This document shows positions 25,062 through 37,454 of a stretch of DNA of 64,000 bases, piece after piece. This DNA is from Octopus bimaculoides (lineage: Eukaryota). The stretch spans positions 26,100,295 through 26,164,294 of the forward strand of contig NC_069001.1 of assembly GCF_001194135.2 (NCBI RefSeq), given 5' to 3'. The position numbers and the translations under genes were made by a program. The stretch's first letter is position 1. Every line of letters starts with the position of its first letter. The notes below the pieces were generated by a model. It had not been told where the DNA came from. It ran no database searches and saw only the letters and a list, made by a program, of their open reading frames with translations.

Positions 25062-25288
25062 CGCGTGTTTGTATACCTATGTGTATGTCTGTCTTTGTCC
25101 CCCAACATCATTTGACAACCGATGTTGGTGTATTTACGTCCACATATCTTAGCGGTTCAGCAATAAGAGTCCGATAGAATAAATACTTGGCGTACAAAGA
25201 ATAAATCTTGGGGTCGATTTGATCGAATAAAAGCGGTGCTCAAGCATGGCCACTGTCAAAATGTCTGCAACAAGTAAAAGAACAAAAA
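24862..25288 (+). mobile_element. Full-length tRNA/CORE-like SINE (family B, OK/OR2-like) with internal (TA)n(TG)n
   Basis: GGCGCAGG.GTGGCTGTGTGGTA A-box, GGGTTCAGTCC B-box, CORE-like GGCACCTT...CTACTAT.GCCTCGGGCCGACC, internal microsatellite, tail GGTGCTCAAGCATGGCCAC...AACAAGTAAAAGA. Confidence 0.92.
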
Positions 25289-25806
25289 CATATTCTTCAC
25301 ATAGGCTTGTTGTTGCTGATCTTCATATTTCTAGAGAGATATTCAGCTTTTGGTTCCGGTATTCCCACTGTAGCTATACTCTCGCATTGTCAGGCTATAA
25401 TATATCTCAGACAGTAATATAACATTATGTCCTGTTTGCTTTTTATTTATCGTCACACTATAAGTTAAGACGAGCGACTGAGATTTGATGTAGATTTCGT
25501 TGTTATTTCTAGCAATGTTACTGCTCCTAAATGAACAAACTCTTTGGTTCATTGCAAGTTCCGTGTTTGTTAGTACACTAGTAATAATATGTATTGAATA
25601 GGATAATGCCTGTGTGGTTAAATGCCGTTAGTAGGCGAGGTTGTGAAAGGCAATCGAAGCTATGCAATAACAGGTAAGAAAGTTTAAATTTCATTTTTTA
25701 GAAAGATTCTAATTATTGATTTTTTTAGAATATTATGAGATGAAAGTTAGATCTGCGTAGATAAGTAGACAAATAGGCTCAAAAGTAGATAGATAGATAG
25801 ATAGAT

Positions 25807-25837
<31 letters not shown>

Positions 25838-26256
25838 GTGCAAACTTTTCAGATAGACAGGCAAGTAGAATGATATATAGATAGGTAGATAGATAGATAC
25901 AATGGAAGGCAGATGGTACGTAACCACGCTAGATATGCCATGTAAACTAGACTAAGTCTTGATATTCTATGATTTTCTATAATGTTTGGACATTCTCATG
26001 TAGTGTTAAATGGATTATCATTAGGAGTAGCGATACCTTAACTCCCAGATACTGAAATTTCTGAAGATTACTTTTAAATTTTTGCAAATGATTGAGAACG
26101 GATTAAAATGAAAAAAAAATATATTATTAAAAATTCCTTTACTTCAAGTAGAAATGGAAATACTCGGTGTCCTATAAATAGGACATGGAGACAATGTGAC
26201 ATAGCTTATTCAATGTTCTCATTTAGCGTCCTATTTCTATAGCAGTGGGACTTAAT

Positions 26257-26660
26257 GGGTTAAGAAGTGGAACGTGCTATTTCCTGTGATTCAGATTGCC
26301 GCTTTGTTCTAGCAGGCAAAAAGGAAATGGCTTTGTCCCAGAGGATAGCGAGCGAGATGCGCTGCAACAGCCACTCTGACTCATGGAGCCCGTAATTGTG
26401 GATAGTGGTGTGCAGGGATATGATCTGTGAGCCAAGAACACCGGAGGTCTCGACTGCAACAGCCTCAGTCATAAACCTGTCGAAGAGCCACCGATACTTT
26501 GACATTTCTAAATATTGCCACCATGCAGTTAATGGCTGTGAGTACACTGGAATACATGAATAAATGATCCTTCTTCAGACTTAGCATTAATCTTGATTGT
26601 TGCTGATTAATATTCATGGGAGCAGTAAGTATTCCTCCAAACATCCACTTCAAAGCGGTG
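26257..26660 (-). mobile_element. CRE-clade-like non-LTR retrotransposon 3' remnant (RLE domain)
   Basis: SKYRWLFDRF..EAVAVETSGVLG...HESEWLLQRISLAILWDKA matches the CRE-type endonuclease end KYxxL...PxAVETxGxxG...LxQRxSxAIxRGNA. Confidence 0.7.
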
Positions 26661-27038
26661 TCTTAAACTCGGTGTTATTTTCCTAATGATGCGATGTAAG
26701 TAAATGCATTTATGAGGAACTCTTTTTCCCAACACACGTTTTATTTCAAACACGAATGTCTTCTAGATTTTCTGTTTTCATCATATTTTTTTTTCTTTCT
26801 CATGTTTTTCAAAGAATTCCTTGCATTTCTCTGTACTATTGGCCTTCCTAAATCTATAATATTTTACATCCTTTTTCTCTTGTTTGATCTTCTCTTTGCC
26901 AACTAATACACTAGATCACAAATATATCAGTACCTAACGATGATATCTCTACCTTCCTCGAATTTGCAATAATGCGATCAGGGAATATTTGGGCCTTACT
27001 ATATAATGCTTTCAACTGCTGTTATTCATGCAGCTACT

Positions 27039-27162
27039 ACATCGAACAGGTTGCAACAGTAATCATTCGAACCAGGTTGCAACAGTAATCATTCGAACCA
27101 GGTTGCAACAGTAATCATTCGAACCAGGTTGCAACAGTAATCATTCGAACCAGGTAGCAACT
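27039..27162. repeat. 26 bp minisatellite, about 4.6 near-perfect copies
   Basis: Unit AATCATTCGAACCAGGTTGCAACAGT with period 26 (27061, 27087, 27113, 27139). Confidence 0.97.
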
Positions 27163-27169
27163 ATCTTGT

Positions 27170-27650
27170 CTGAGCATCTGCTTCTTTTTCCGATTTTTGG
27201 TCGTTCTCTTTCATACCTCTACCACAGAAATCATTTTCTGCTTCTCTCTCCAGTTTGTTATTCATCACTCTGCTATCATTAGAGCACCATCCAGGTAGAA
27301 TATTCCGTATCAAGCGACAATGTCACGTCATTTCACTTCTAATGATACCCAGCCTTCTATGTCCCTTATACGATTTCTAATTCGAAGAAATTTCACGCTC
27401 TTTCTTGGGAAAACCTCATATTGTTCTCCATTTGTCAGTCAACACAACTCAACAATCATGAATTGTCTTTTCTTTTTAATCATCACCCTCGTACCATTCC
27501 TTTATTTTTGCAATATTATCACCTAAGATGAAGGTTTCCACATATACCTTGCAGTCATTAGTACCATGTAGTGAAATTGCCGTTCAGTTTTCTCCATCTA
27601 CGAATATGCGTTGATTTCTTCTTTTGATAGGAAACAACTGGGTGTAAATG
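27170..27650 (-). mobile_element. RTE-clade LINE 3' remnant
   Basis: Traces KGMV..., IRNRIRDIEGWV..K*R..A*YG, RERPK resembling RTE C-terminal DRIRN..IR...RLxWYGH...RGRPK. Confidence 0.5.
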
Positions 27651-27891
27651 TTTATTTTCCATTAAGTGACAATGCCACATTATAATTTAAGTGCTTTTTA
27701 AAGGATACAAAATAGTTACTTTTGCCTCCGCTATAGGATGTAGAGAGAGGTTTATATACTCGAATTATAATTATACACCACCCAGACCTCGAAGACAAAC
27801 AGTGGGGTGATTAGCACTGGACAAATATTTACCGAGGGCAAACCGCATTGAACGACAGTCTCATCTTGTTTATCTTCATTTTAGACATGAC

Positions 27892-28175
27892 AGGCGCTGA
27901 CGTAGCTGTGTGGTAAGAAAACTGCTTTCCAATCACATGCTCTGGGGGTCAATCCCATTGCGCAGCAACTTCGGCAAATATCTTCTACTGTAGCCTTAGG
28001 CCGACCAAAGCCTTGTGAGTGGATTTGGAAGAGGGAAGCACTAGCGGTTAAGCAAAACGAAACCGATAAACACCAAGATTTCCTAAATGCACTGATGTCG
28101 ATTCATTCCTCTAAATGTTCTTGTGGGTGGTGCTCCAGCATGGCCACTGTTTAATGACCGAAACAGAAACAAGAA
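27892..28175 (+). mobile_element. SINE family B, internally deleted or diverged copy
   Basis: Head AGGCGC.GACGTAGCTGTGTGGTAAG, GGCCGACCAAAGCCTTGTGAGTGGATTTGG, tail GGTGCTCCAGCATGGCCAC. Confidence 0.85.
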
Positions 28176-28329
28176 TTAAATTAGAAAGAAAACGAAACCT
28201 ATTTTCCTTTCGTCTCCCTTGTAACTCAAATGTAGTGCTTTTCTGCCCTTGCTGTTTTAAACACATATACATTCCCACCTCTTCGTTCTACGCATGAATA
28301 TAGGCATGTATGGATGTACACATGTATCT

Positions 28330-28463
<134 letters not shown>

Positions 28464-28673
28464 TTCTGACTTTATTTATCTGCTGTAACTATTCTATGCT
28501 TTATTTATACTTCAGTTGTACTCTTTAATACAAAGTAACTCTCCTCGAGTGACGCCAAAAACTTTGCTCGTCCGTCTTCCATTTTTGATCTATATCAGTA
28601 TGTTTATAGATATTTAAACATCGCAAACACACTCATACTGTCACACAAATATACACACACTAATTAAACAGAT

Positions 28674-28730
<57 letters not shown>

Positions 28731-28989
28731 GGATATAAGAATTTAGAAAACCTATAAACAACAGCGTGTGAATATCGCGACACGCACAGCATTGGAATTT
28801 TATCCAAACTGTTTTTAATCCAATATTTGCGCGTTATTATTTATAGTTTTTTCTACAAGCCCAACCATTAAAAACGAATTATTCATATATACACATATAT
28901 ATATATATATATATCATCTCAAGCAGAAGGCTATGCAAAATGCATGAAATAATAGTGCCCAAATAGAGCAAATGTTGGAGTAGCTGATG

Positions 28990-29560
28990 TCAGGAATAAA
29001 CTTGTGATAACGGCATTAAACAAACTCCAACTTTGGGGTGACAAGCGAAACGAAACTTGCAACGGCCAGCTCTATTTTTATTGGCTTAAGAAGAGGAGCA
29101 ACGGTGGTGGCCATAAAATTGCGGAGATCAAGGAACCGAATAGAAGAAATTTGTCATTGAATGGGCACAAACTGGAACACTGAAATAAGTTCAAATATCT
29201 TGGAAATGTTATAGCAATTTTCTTTAGAAAATGAATTTAATAGAAGATTTTAGAAAGCAGTTCAAGCAATGAAAATCCTATCAAATTTGTGGAAACCACT
29301 GAGATATGAGATTCATACTTTAATTATCCTATATACATACATCAATAGTAAAAAGTGTTTTCGTATAAAGAAGAAAGTAGCATTATAGCGAATACTGTAT
29401 ATCTAAATATTTAAGGGTTTTAAAAATACTGAAGCATTGATAAGATGATCAGAGATGAAAGGATATCATTTTGTGGCAGATGAAGGGATCCTAACAAAAA
29501 TAACATATATTGATAAAGAAATGCTAAAGACGGCAAACATTGGGACACTGAGGCTAAGCT
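28990..29560 (+). mobile_element. RTE-clade LINE remnant (RT thumb region)
   Basis: LSLNGHKLEH*NKFKYLGNVI..ENEFNRRF*KAVQAM..LSNLWK matches I.I.G..LE.V..F.YLGS.I...EI..RI.KA..AF..L..VW. Confidence 0.7.
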
Positions 29561-29709
29561 TTGCCAGGAGTGAGCTTCGCTAATAGTTTTTATTCTGTTT
29601 CATTTTATGTTCTCAGATTGGTGTGTGGTGTCTTGGTTACATATGGATAGGGCAAGAGTTGAAGCATTTATGGAAGAACAAAGGATCGCGTTATCTGCAT
29701 AAGTTTGAG

Positions 29710-30700
29710 CACTGTTCAGTATAGTGGCAAGCTGTCCGTTGATGTGTAGCACGAAGGCAGTCCTTTATAAAAGAGAACAGTGGACGACGAGATTAAGAGA
29801 TAAAGAACTGAGTCAGTAAATGACAGGATGTCAAACAACAGGAAGCTTTCGATCGCAGAGACGAGTGAGGGGTGGTACTCAAAGAGAGTTGAAAGGAGTT
29901 TTGCATGGTAGACACAGTTGAAGGCATGGTCTAGGCTAACGATATTGCTTTCGAACAATTTCTAAAGGGGAAGTCTATTTGTGAGTAGCAAATGAGGAGA
30001 GATCCCCAGGTAATCTGACTCCGTGATTAATGAGTTGAGGGAGAGGGAGGGAGAGTGAGACAGACATAGAGACCGAGCGATTCAATGTGTTTTAGACTGA
30101 CGCTGTTAATGGATGTCTCTAATATCTCAGAAATGTTAGATATGAGAGAAGCAGGTTGATTGTTGGCTGAGACGGAGGAGGATGCTTTCTTTGTACTGGG
30201 CCACAGTGAGGCATACTTCCAAGTGTCAACCTATATCCTTGTAGGGAGTGAGGGACTGAAGTGTTTTGCGTGTAAAATCATATTCTGGGGCACAAGATTT
30301 GCGTGAGATAGACAGGGAATGTGCTAAGTTGGTGGACTTTGTTTAAAGCAACTGCAGGTATTTCCGCACTTGATGTATGTGTATTGATGGTGGGGAGTCA
30401 AATAAGGCAGATGGAGTGGAAATTAGCTAAGGATGTGTAACCTTGTAGAGTGAATGCAAGTGGGTACTGATTCTACAGCTTTTCCATGGGGATACTATTC
30501 ACAAAGCCATTATTGTTCAAAGGAAGAGAAAAGGGGAAATACGCAAACTTGGAGTGTAATAATTTTGGCAAAGATCCAAAACATTCGTTGGAAATAGAAA
30601 AGCGAGAAAGATTGATGAGTTTGTCATGCAGGAAGACAATCTTTTTGCACACTTGTTAGTTGTCATACAAGTGTTATGCTATCGTTTGTGAAGTGGGTGA
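29710..30700 (-). mobile_element. CR1-group LINE remnant (pre-RT and RT N-terminal half)
   Basis: FWIFAKII...FP; WKYASLWPSTKK (WKxAxVxPIxKK); QPASLISNISEILE (RPISLLSxxSKxxE); VSLDHAFNCVYHAKLLSTL...IESFL (LDxxKAFDxVxHxxLLxKL). Confidence 0.78.
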
Positions 30701-30961
30701 CATTTCTCAGGCGTTGTAATCTCTAATATTTGCTCGAATAAGCTGTTGCATATTTAATTACTTGTATATGCACGTATATATGTAAGCACACAAGTACAGC
30801 TATATTTGTGCGTGAGAGTGTATGTTTGTGTGTGTATGCTTGTCTGTACGCATGTGTGTATGTTTGTGTGTGTACGCATGTATGTGTACGCATGTGTGTG
30901 TACGCATGTGTGTATATATTTGTAAGAATTATAACATGAATTCTAATTATGGCTTCTAGTA

Positions 30962-30962
30962 A

Positions 30963-30998
<36 letters not shown>

Positions 30999-31727
30999 TC
31001 TAAATCTATCACATGATTTAATGAGTAGGAATGTTACCTTGATATTCGTTGACAACAATTCTCTGCAAATCTTCAGAATCTCTCTTAGGATTCTTGCAGA
31101 ACACCGGATGCCCATTTTTACAAATTCATAATGCACGTCACAATTCCAATATCCTTCTGCCGCATAAGTGACATTAGAGTGCTGTGCCAAATTCCCCTCT
31201 TTCCACAGAAACAATTGCCATCTTTATGTTTCTCAATCTCTTACTCTCTTTGGCTACATACCGTTATTTCTCACATTTCTCATTTTATTTATCTACTCTA
31301 TCACCATATTGTGTTCCAAAGTTTTTCGTTTCTATTTTAGTATACAATCATAACTGGTACTTTTGATTCAATAATCCTCACTTTTTATGCAGACATCCAA
31401 TTAAATCCTGTAATTATCACTAATAATTACAGCCTCTCGTTCATGTTAATACTACTTTTCTTTCAATTGGAATCCATCCGGCTCACAATCCAACACACTC
31501 GTTCACCAACAAACTCTCGGTTGTGCATATACGTTCGTGCTAGCTTACAGCGTTCACTTCAAATATGGTTAATATTTCGTCCCCTTTTTACCACATATTC
31601 TAATGTTTTGCGCCTGATTTACTACAATTTGCTACAATTTGCGATACTGTTTTTCTCGGGTTTCTACCTAACAAACATCAGACTTGATCGTTTTTTGTTA
31701 TTTTTACACTAACTTGCCATGATTTTT
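30962..31727 (-). mobile_element. Old R4/Dong-type LINE, 3' piece (CCHC + RLE + (TAA)n tail)
   Basis: KTVSQIVANCSK (ETVxHIxxxCxxL), RIIESKVPVMIVY (IxxRxPDIVV), DRVDK*NEKCEK*...EI, SARILREIL, then (TAA)n at 30962-30997. Confidence 0.7.
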
Positions 31728-32813
31728 TATTAGGAATAAGACGACCAATAGTTCTTTAGCGTGAGAACGTAGCGTTCAATCCGCCGCGTCCACTCTTTCT
31801 GCGGTGATTTGTTTTGTCCACTATTAATATATAACTCTTATCTAAGTAAAACACTGGGATTTAGTGGGTTATACTTTTATCGTCTAGCACTCAACACCCA
31901 AATATGCAATTTCAGTTACAACATTCATAACGAGAATAAGAGATAAAATGGCTATTTCTTTTGAGAGAATTTAACGTCTTCTCCAACGTTAGCTGGCAGC
32001 ATAGTTTAACCTCATTGAATTACTAACTTAAACGTTATCTAGCAATTCTAACAGTGACAAATCTCAGACCGCTTTAAATTCCATTACAGAATTTATTTTT
32101 GACCCACATGCACATAATAGCTTTGATGGTTTGTCTGTTTCAAAGATACTTTTCGCGTTGAATTTTGAAAGGCAGATTACTATTTAACCAAGCGCAGAAC
32201 TAACGCACACATCAAATACACCAATTATATACTACCGAAGAAACATTAAGACTTCGATTTCAATGAGACAGTTGAATTTCTGTAGAAGATTTTTGGTCCG
32301 AACTCATTTTTGTTTAAGATTAGATATAATTGCTTTAAAACCGTCAATTTTTGATGAGGTGCATTTTGTCAGCTATGCAAGTAGAGTAAATAGTGAATGA
32401 GAACTTTTCAATTTGAATTATTTTACTCATAACCAGTGGCTGGTCTATAATCACCATTGGATGCAAACATTCGTACTAAATTGCTATCACAATTAGAACA
32501 GACAACCAGAAATGACTGTACAGGAAGCCAGAGAAGCGTGCCGAATGTTAATAACCTTGAAGCACGACATGAAGATGATTGAAGGCGGTGTCGAGTTAAC
32601 AGGTTCAGAGTCAGTAAATCAAGTGAAAACCTATCTTAATCCATTGTCTATTCACAGAAAAAGAATTCCGATGTCACAGTGTCAATTATGTCACAAGTTC
32701 GGTCATGAAGGTTTTTGTTCATCTAATCATTCAAGGGAAGTAAGCAAAAACCCTCGTCTACGTTTTCTGCTCGTTAAATCAAGTAAATACGATATATTCC
32801 TGTTTGGAAGTGG

Positions 32814-32850
<37 letters not shown>

Positions 32851-34258
32851 ATTGATTCAATAAGCGATACTTCAGTTAAATTACAGTTAGATACAGCAGC
32901 TGACATCATGTTGATATCTCGGAAAACTTGGAGGTAACTTAGTTGAATGATAGTTGACACAAAACCCATTGCTCAGAATGCATCAGGTGATAATTCACAA
33001 CTTATTGGTATGATAAAGTGTACTCGTACAGTCCACTTTGATTCAAACCTTTTAAAGGGAGCTTCTTAGATTTATTTTGTTTAGACAGGATTACAGTACT
33101 AGGCTTATGTAGTGAGCCACGGAACTCTATTTCCTTGCATTGGGACACTTCGAGTGGTTCTAACAATTGTTCCTTCCACGATGCATTAACTGACTCTTTA
33201 ACCCATTTACTGAAGGAAAAATATCCTCCCGTTTTCAAGGATTCGTAGGGCGGGGGTGTTGTAAGCTATACAATGTAAGTCTGTTGTTAAAGTCTAATTC
33301 AAAACCTATATTTAGGTCTCGAAGATCAGTTCCACCTCAAGACAAGAATTAGACCGTCTTATACAATTAGACATAATAAAACCAATTCAACATGAGCAGA
33401 AAGATTAGTTGATACTTTTAAGTTAATAGGGAAGGAAACCAACACAGAAATAATACCAAAGTTTTTCCTGGTTTATTGATCCTGATCTAGCTGCCCCTGA
33501 AGTGAAGTCACTTGCAAAACTCTGTGTTTCAGAGAATAATTCGAGCAGTCATAGAGAATGTTCTGCTACATGATTGTTGAAAAGAACAAACAATGACATT
33601 TAAATGACTAGTACAAGAGGTACAAGACGCAGTTCCGTCCCGAAAAATCAGTATGAGTACGCCAATTTAGAAAGAAAAATTCAGTTTGGTCGTCTGGTAG
33701 AATTTACAAGCGACATGGAAAAGTTACTTATGAAATTCGAATGGGTAGTTCATGTTAATCAATGATTAACATGTTGATCATGATTTATATTAAGCAAGAA
33801 AAAAGAGAAATAATTCCGAATAATAGAGATCGAAGAAACGAGACAACTCTGAACATTCTGTTAGTAGTCATTGTAGTTTACCTTCATCACACTAACATAC
33901 TCAAAAAAAACGATTTTCGAAGTCAGACTCTAAAAGCCAAATAGGATAATTTTAGATACGCACAAAATGGCCTTTGACAATAGAATTTACTTTTTGAAAG
34001 GAAAGGTTTTAGGGATAAGATGATCAATAGTTATTGAAGCCTGTGGACGTGGCGTTCATCTTCCTGCGTCTCTCCATGTCAGTCTCTCTCACATATGGGC
34101 GTTGTTGCTCAGGATTTTTATCTGACAGACAATTTGTTTTCCCGATTGTTATAACACAGCACTTATTCAAGGAAAACGAGCTCTTTCTTCTTCGCTGGCA
34201 TGTAGTAGTTTATAATTACATTGTCTAGTAATTAAGGCTTAAAATTACAGTTACGGTT
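31728..34258 (+). mobile_element. Internally deleted Ty3/Gypsy (Mag/K02A2.6-like) LTR retrotransposon with both LTRs
   Basis: 5' LTR 31728-31923 and 3' LTR 34007-34258 alignable; degenerate PBS TTCATAACGAG after ...TTACAACA; PPT GAAAGGAAAGG at 33996-34006; gag from ATG 31948 (ITEFIFDP, KYTNYILPKK, FNETVEFL.KIFG, CQLCHKFGHEGFC); protease LQLDTAADIMLIS; RT start KPIFRSRRSVP; integrase end AERLVDTF, WSSGRIYKRHGKVTYEI, HVNQ. Confidence 0.88.
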
Positions 34259-34880
34259 TTCTCCAGCTATTTGTCTTGTCGCTCTTCCTTCTGTTCTTGA
34301 ATTCTCTTACTTACCTTCAGTCCACTTATGAACGACGCACTATTCTTTGGTCACTACATACCACAGAGCGTTCCAAGACCGATTTCACTGTACTGATGTT
34401 AACAAACATCACCGCTTCCATTCTTGGTAAATAAAACCAGTGGATATTCTATTGATATTAGCCGTATGTAATTCTTGTAGATCCCTCTTTCCTCACTTCT
34501 GAAAAGGAGCTGAGTATCTCAATACTAGTATGTCTCATGTATTGACTATCTTGATAACAATTTTTCCATTCAGTCTTGTTTACTTCGAATGCTGTATGTC
34601 TATAAGGATGATTACAATACATAATTTCTACTTATTATCAATGACTACAATATCCTGCTTTTTTTTCCTTCCTATTATTCTTCCTCTTCGCAAAAATTAT
34701 ATTTTATATCAACCTCATTTCATTGTTTCTCAGGACTATTATTTCTCTTCCCACGAAATGACTCTGACACTTTTCTCTCTCAAAACCACAGCTAATTATC
34801 TCACCTATTTTTGTATTAATTCCGGGTTAGCCCTCGACCTTTTGTTCGAATATGAAGTATAGAGTCATCCCAATCACACC
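34259..34880 (-). mobile_element. Old R4/Dong-type LINE, upstream piece (RT thumb to pre-CCHC)
   Basis: LLFRSEERG (LYxxRxxGGRGL), HKWTEGK*..RTEG...QDK*L (WLxxGxLKxETEG...QDQAL) running into the Gypsy 3' LTR boundary. Confidence 0.55.
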
Positions 34881-35194
34881 ATATCTATATTTGAATATGT
34901 AGTCTCGAAGATTTATAGTTGTTTTAGCACTTTTTTGTGTAAGGTCATTTTGCTGTAGAGCTAAAAATCATTATTTCAGTCTTTTCTTCAATGCTTTTCT
35001 GTTAACCAGAATCAGCTGTGTATGTTATGCTTAATCTATTTTCTATAGACAAAATATACTCAAAACAGAGTTTCTTTTCTTTAACGTTTGATTTCCTCTT
35101 TTCCACAATTTTCCGTTTTCTATGTTTGGATTTTAAACAATCTAGATATTATCCTGCATATGCTAACTCTTCTCAGAGTTTACGCTTTTTGTTC

Positions 35195-35340
35195 CAGACA
35201 GGCGGAAGGTATCTAGATAGTCTCTACCCAACTGTTCGGGTCCAGTCCCACTACGCGGCACCTTGAATGGTTGTCTTATACTCTGGCGTTTTGAGTGGAC
35301 TTGGTCGACGGAGTCTTTAAAAAATCCTATCGTATATATG
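35195..35340 (+). mobile_element. SINE family B head, diverged
   Basis: GGGTCCAGTCCCACTACGCGGCACCTTG...TGAGTGGACTTGGTCGACGG...TCGTATATATG. Confidence 0.7.
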
Positions 35341-35469
35341 TACAGGTGCATAAAGGTTGAATGTGGATTCGTCCTTTAAGTGGACGTTTCCAAAAAAATA
35401 TTTCTAATGTTGATTCTTCATATTTGCAGGGAGTTTACAAGCGTAAATTTGCGAAGATATGAAAGTAGT

Positions 35470-36424
35470 ATTTGTATGTGAAATTATGGAATGAAGTTCC
35501 AAAAATCGCATTAATTTTGTTAAAAATGGAGTAGACAAGTTGTTAAAATTTATAAGAAGTTTAATTTTTGCGGAGGATCGTTTCGTACATACATAAAATC
35601 ATAATATAAATTCAGGATTGAATAAAATAAAATTAAATTAAATATCGATGTACTCTTCACTGCAGAAAGGAAAACAACACAAGGAACTTCAAAAAATATA
35701 GCAGAAAAATTAGATCTAGGAGATTCATATTGTTATCCGTGTGAGAAAGAGATGGGAATCATGTCGGATATTTAGCCTTAACTAACGGCTTCAACGGTTA
35801 TTTGAAGATATAAGTAAAGAGGTATCGGAGATGTCCCCTCTATAGATTAGTATGGAAATTAGAATTATAGCGCCACATAAGTAGCGTAGGACAAATAAGT
35901 ATAAGAAATGTCCAAAGGGAAACCAATCCTGAATTTAAATGAAAATTATAACTAACCCTTGAAATTAATACGTAGTATAATGTATTTTTTTAAATTCTAT
36001 ACTTAGGAATGAAGTTTAGCGTGAGGAAGTGGTATATGAGAAGCTAATACTAGTTAGTTAATGTAAACAAATTGCAGAAGAAATAGAGGAAAGAGAATGA
36101 ATGAAAGATAGAAGATGATGTATATAATGGATTCATATTTGAATACAAAATCATATTAGGTAACACGTATTAATGAAAAAGTAGAAAAGATAAGTGATAA
36201 CAGAAAAAAGCAGTTGTTGATGTTACAATTAAAGTAGAATGTACTTGCTGTGTTTATAAAGATGAAAAAGGGTAAATAAGCGTACATAAATGTAGGATTA
36301 TACTCGTAATTTTTCTTATATTCATATTGGCACGGCGTACCTATAAATTATATACCATTACAACCCTACTACCATTCCAAATCCTTCTCACATAATATTA
36401 AGCTGGATTATTACCTCTGAAATG

Positions 36425-36478
<54 letters not shown>

Positions 36479-37417
36479 TAAAACACACCATCTCTATAAC
36501 CAACACATCTCTATCCAAAGTTTTATTTTTTTAATCTTCCGTTTCTCCGCCCATTTATCTTCCCTAAATATATTCTCGTCTAACTTCATTTTCAAAGAAA
36601 GCTTTTTCATCTTTATAAACACAACAAGTACATACTACTTTAATTGTAACATCAGCAACTCCTTTTTCTGTTTTCACTTATTTTCTCTACTTTTTCATTA
36701 ATACGTGTTACCTAATATGATTTTTTTTTATTCAAACATGAGTCCTTTATATACATCAGCTTCTACCTTTAACTCATTCTCTTTCCTCTATTTCTTCTGC
36801 AATTTGTTTACATTAACTATATAGTAATGGCTTCTCCTATACTACTTCCTCACGCTAAACTTCATTCCTAAGTATAGAAATTTTAAAAATACATTATACC
36901 ACGTATTGATTTCAACGGTTAGTTATAATCTTCATTTAAATTCAGGATTGGCTTCCCTTTGGACATTTCTTATACTTATTTGTCCTACGCTATTTATGTG
37001 GCACTATAATTCTAATTTCCATACTCATCTATAGAGGGGACATCCCCGATACCTCGATACCTCTTTACTTATATTTTCAAATAACCGTTGAAGCCGTTAG
37101 TTACGGTTAAATATCTGACATGACTCCCATCTCTTTCTCACATGGATATCAATATGAATCTCCTAGATCCAATTTTTTCAGCTATATTTCTTGAAGTTCC
37201 TTGTATTGTGGTTTCTTGCCTTCCTACCCTGAAGAGTACGTTGATATTCAATTAATTTAATTTAATTCAATCATGAATTTATATTATCATTATAACTCTA
37301 TACGAAACGATCGTCTTCAAGAATTAAACTTTCATATAAATTTTAACTTGTCTGCTCCATTTTTAATAAAATTGATGGGATTTATGGAACTTCATTCCAT
37401 AAATTCACCATATATTA
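35470..37417. repeat. Long inverted repeat: arms 35470-36270 and 36601-37417, about 330 bp spacer containing (TA)n
   Basis: Continuous reverse-complement alignment, e.g. CTAACGGCTTCAACGGTTATTTGAA (35782) vs TTCAAATAACCGTTGAAGCCGTTAG (37076); roughly 85-90% identity by eye with small indels. Confidence 0.95.
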
Positions 37418-37454
37418 NNNNNNNNNNNNNNNNNNNNNNNNNNNNNNNNNNNNT

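Noticed and set aside
21326-27162. 38 bp and 26 bp tandem repeats as possible CRISPR arrays
   Set aside because: No unique spacers, no cas genes, eukaryotic context.
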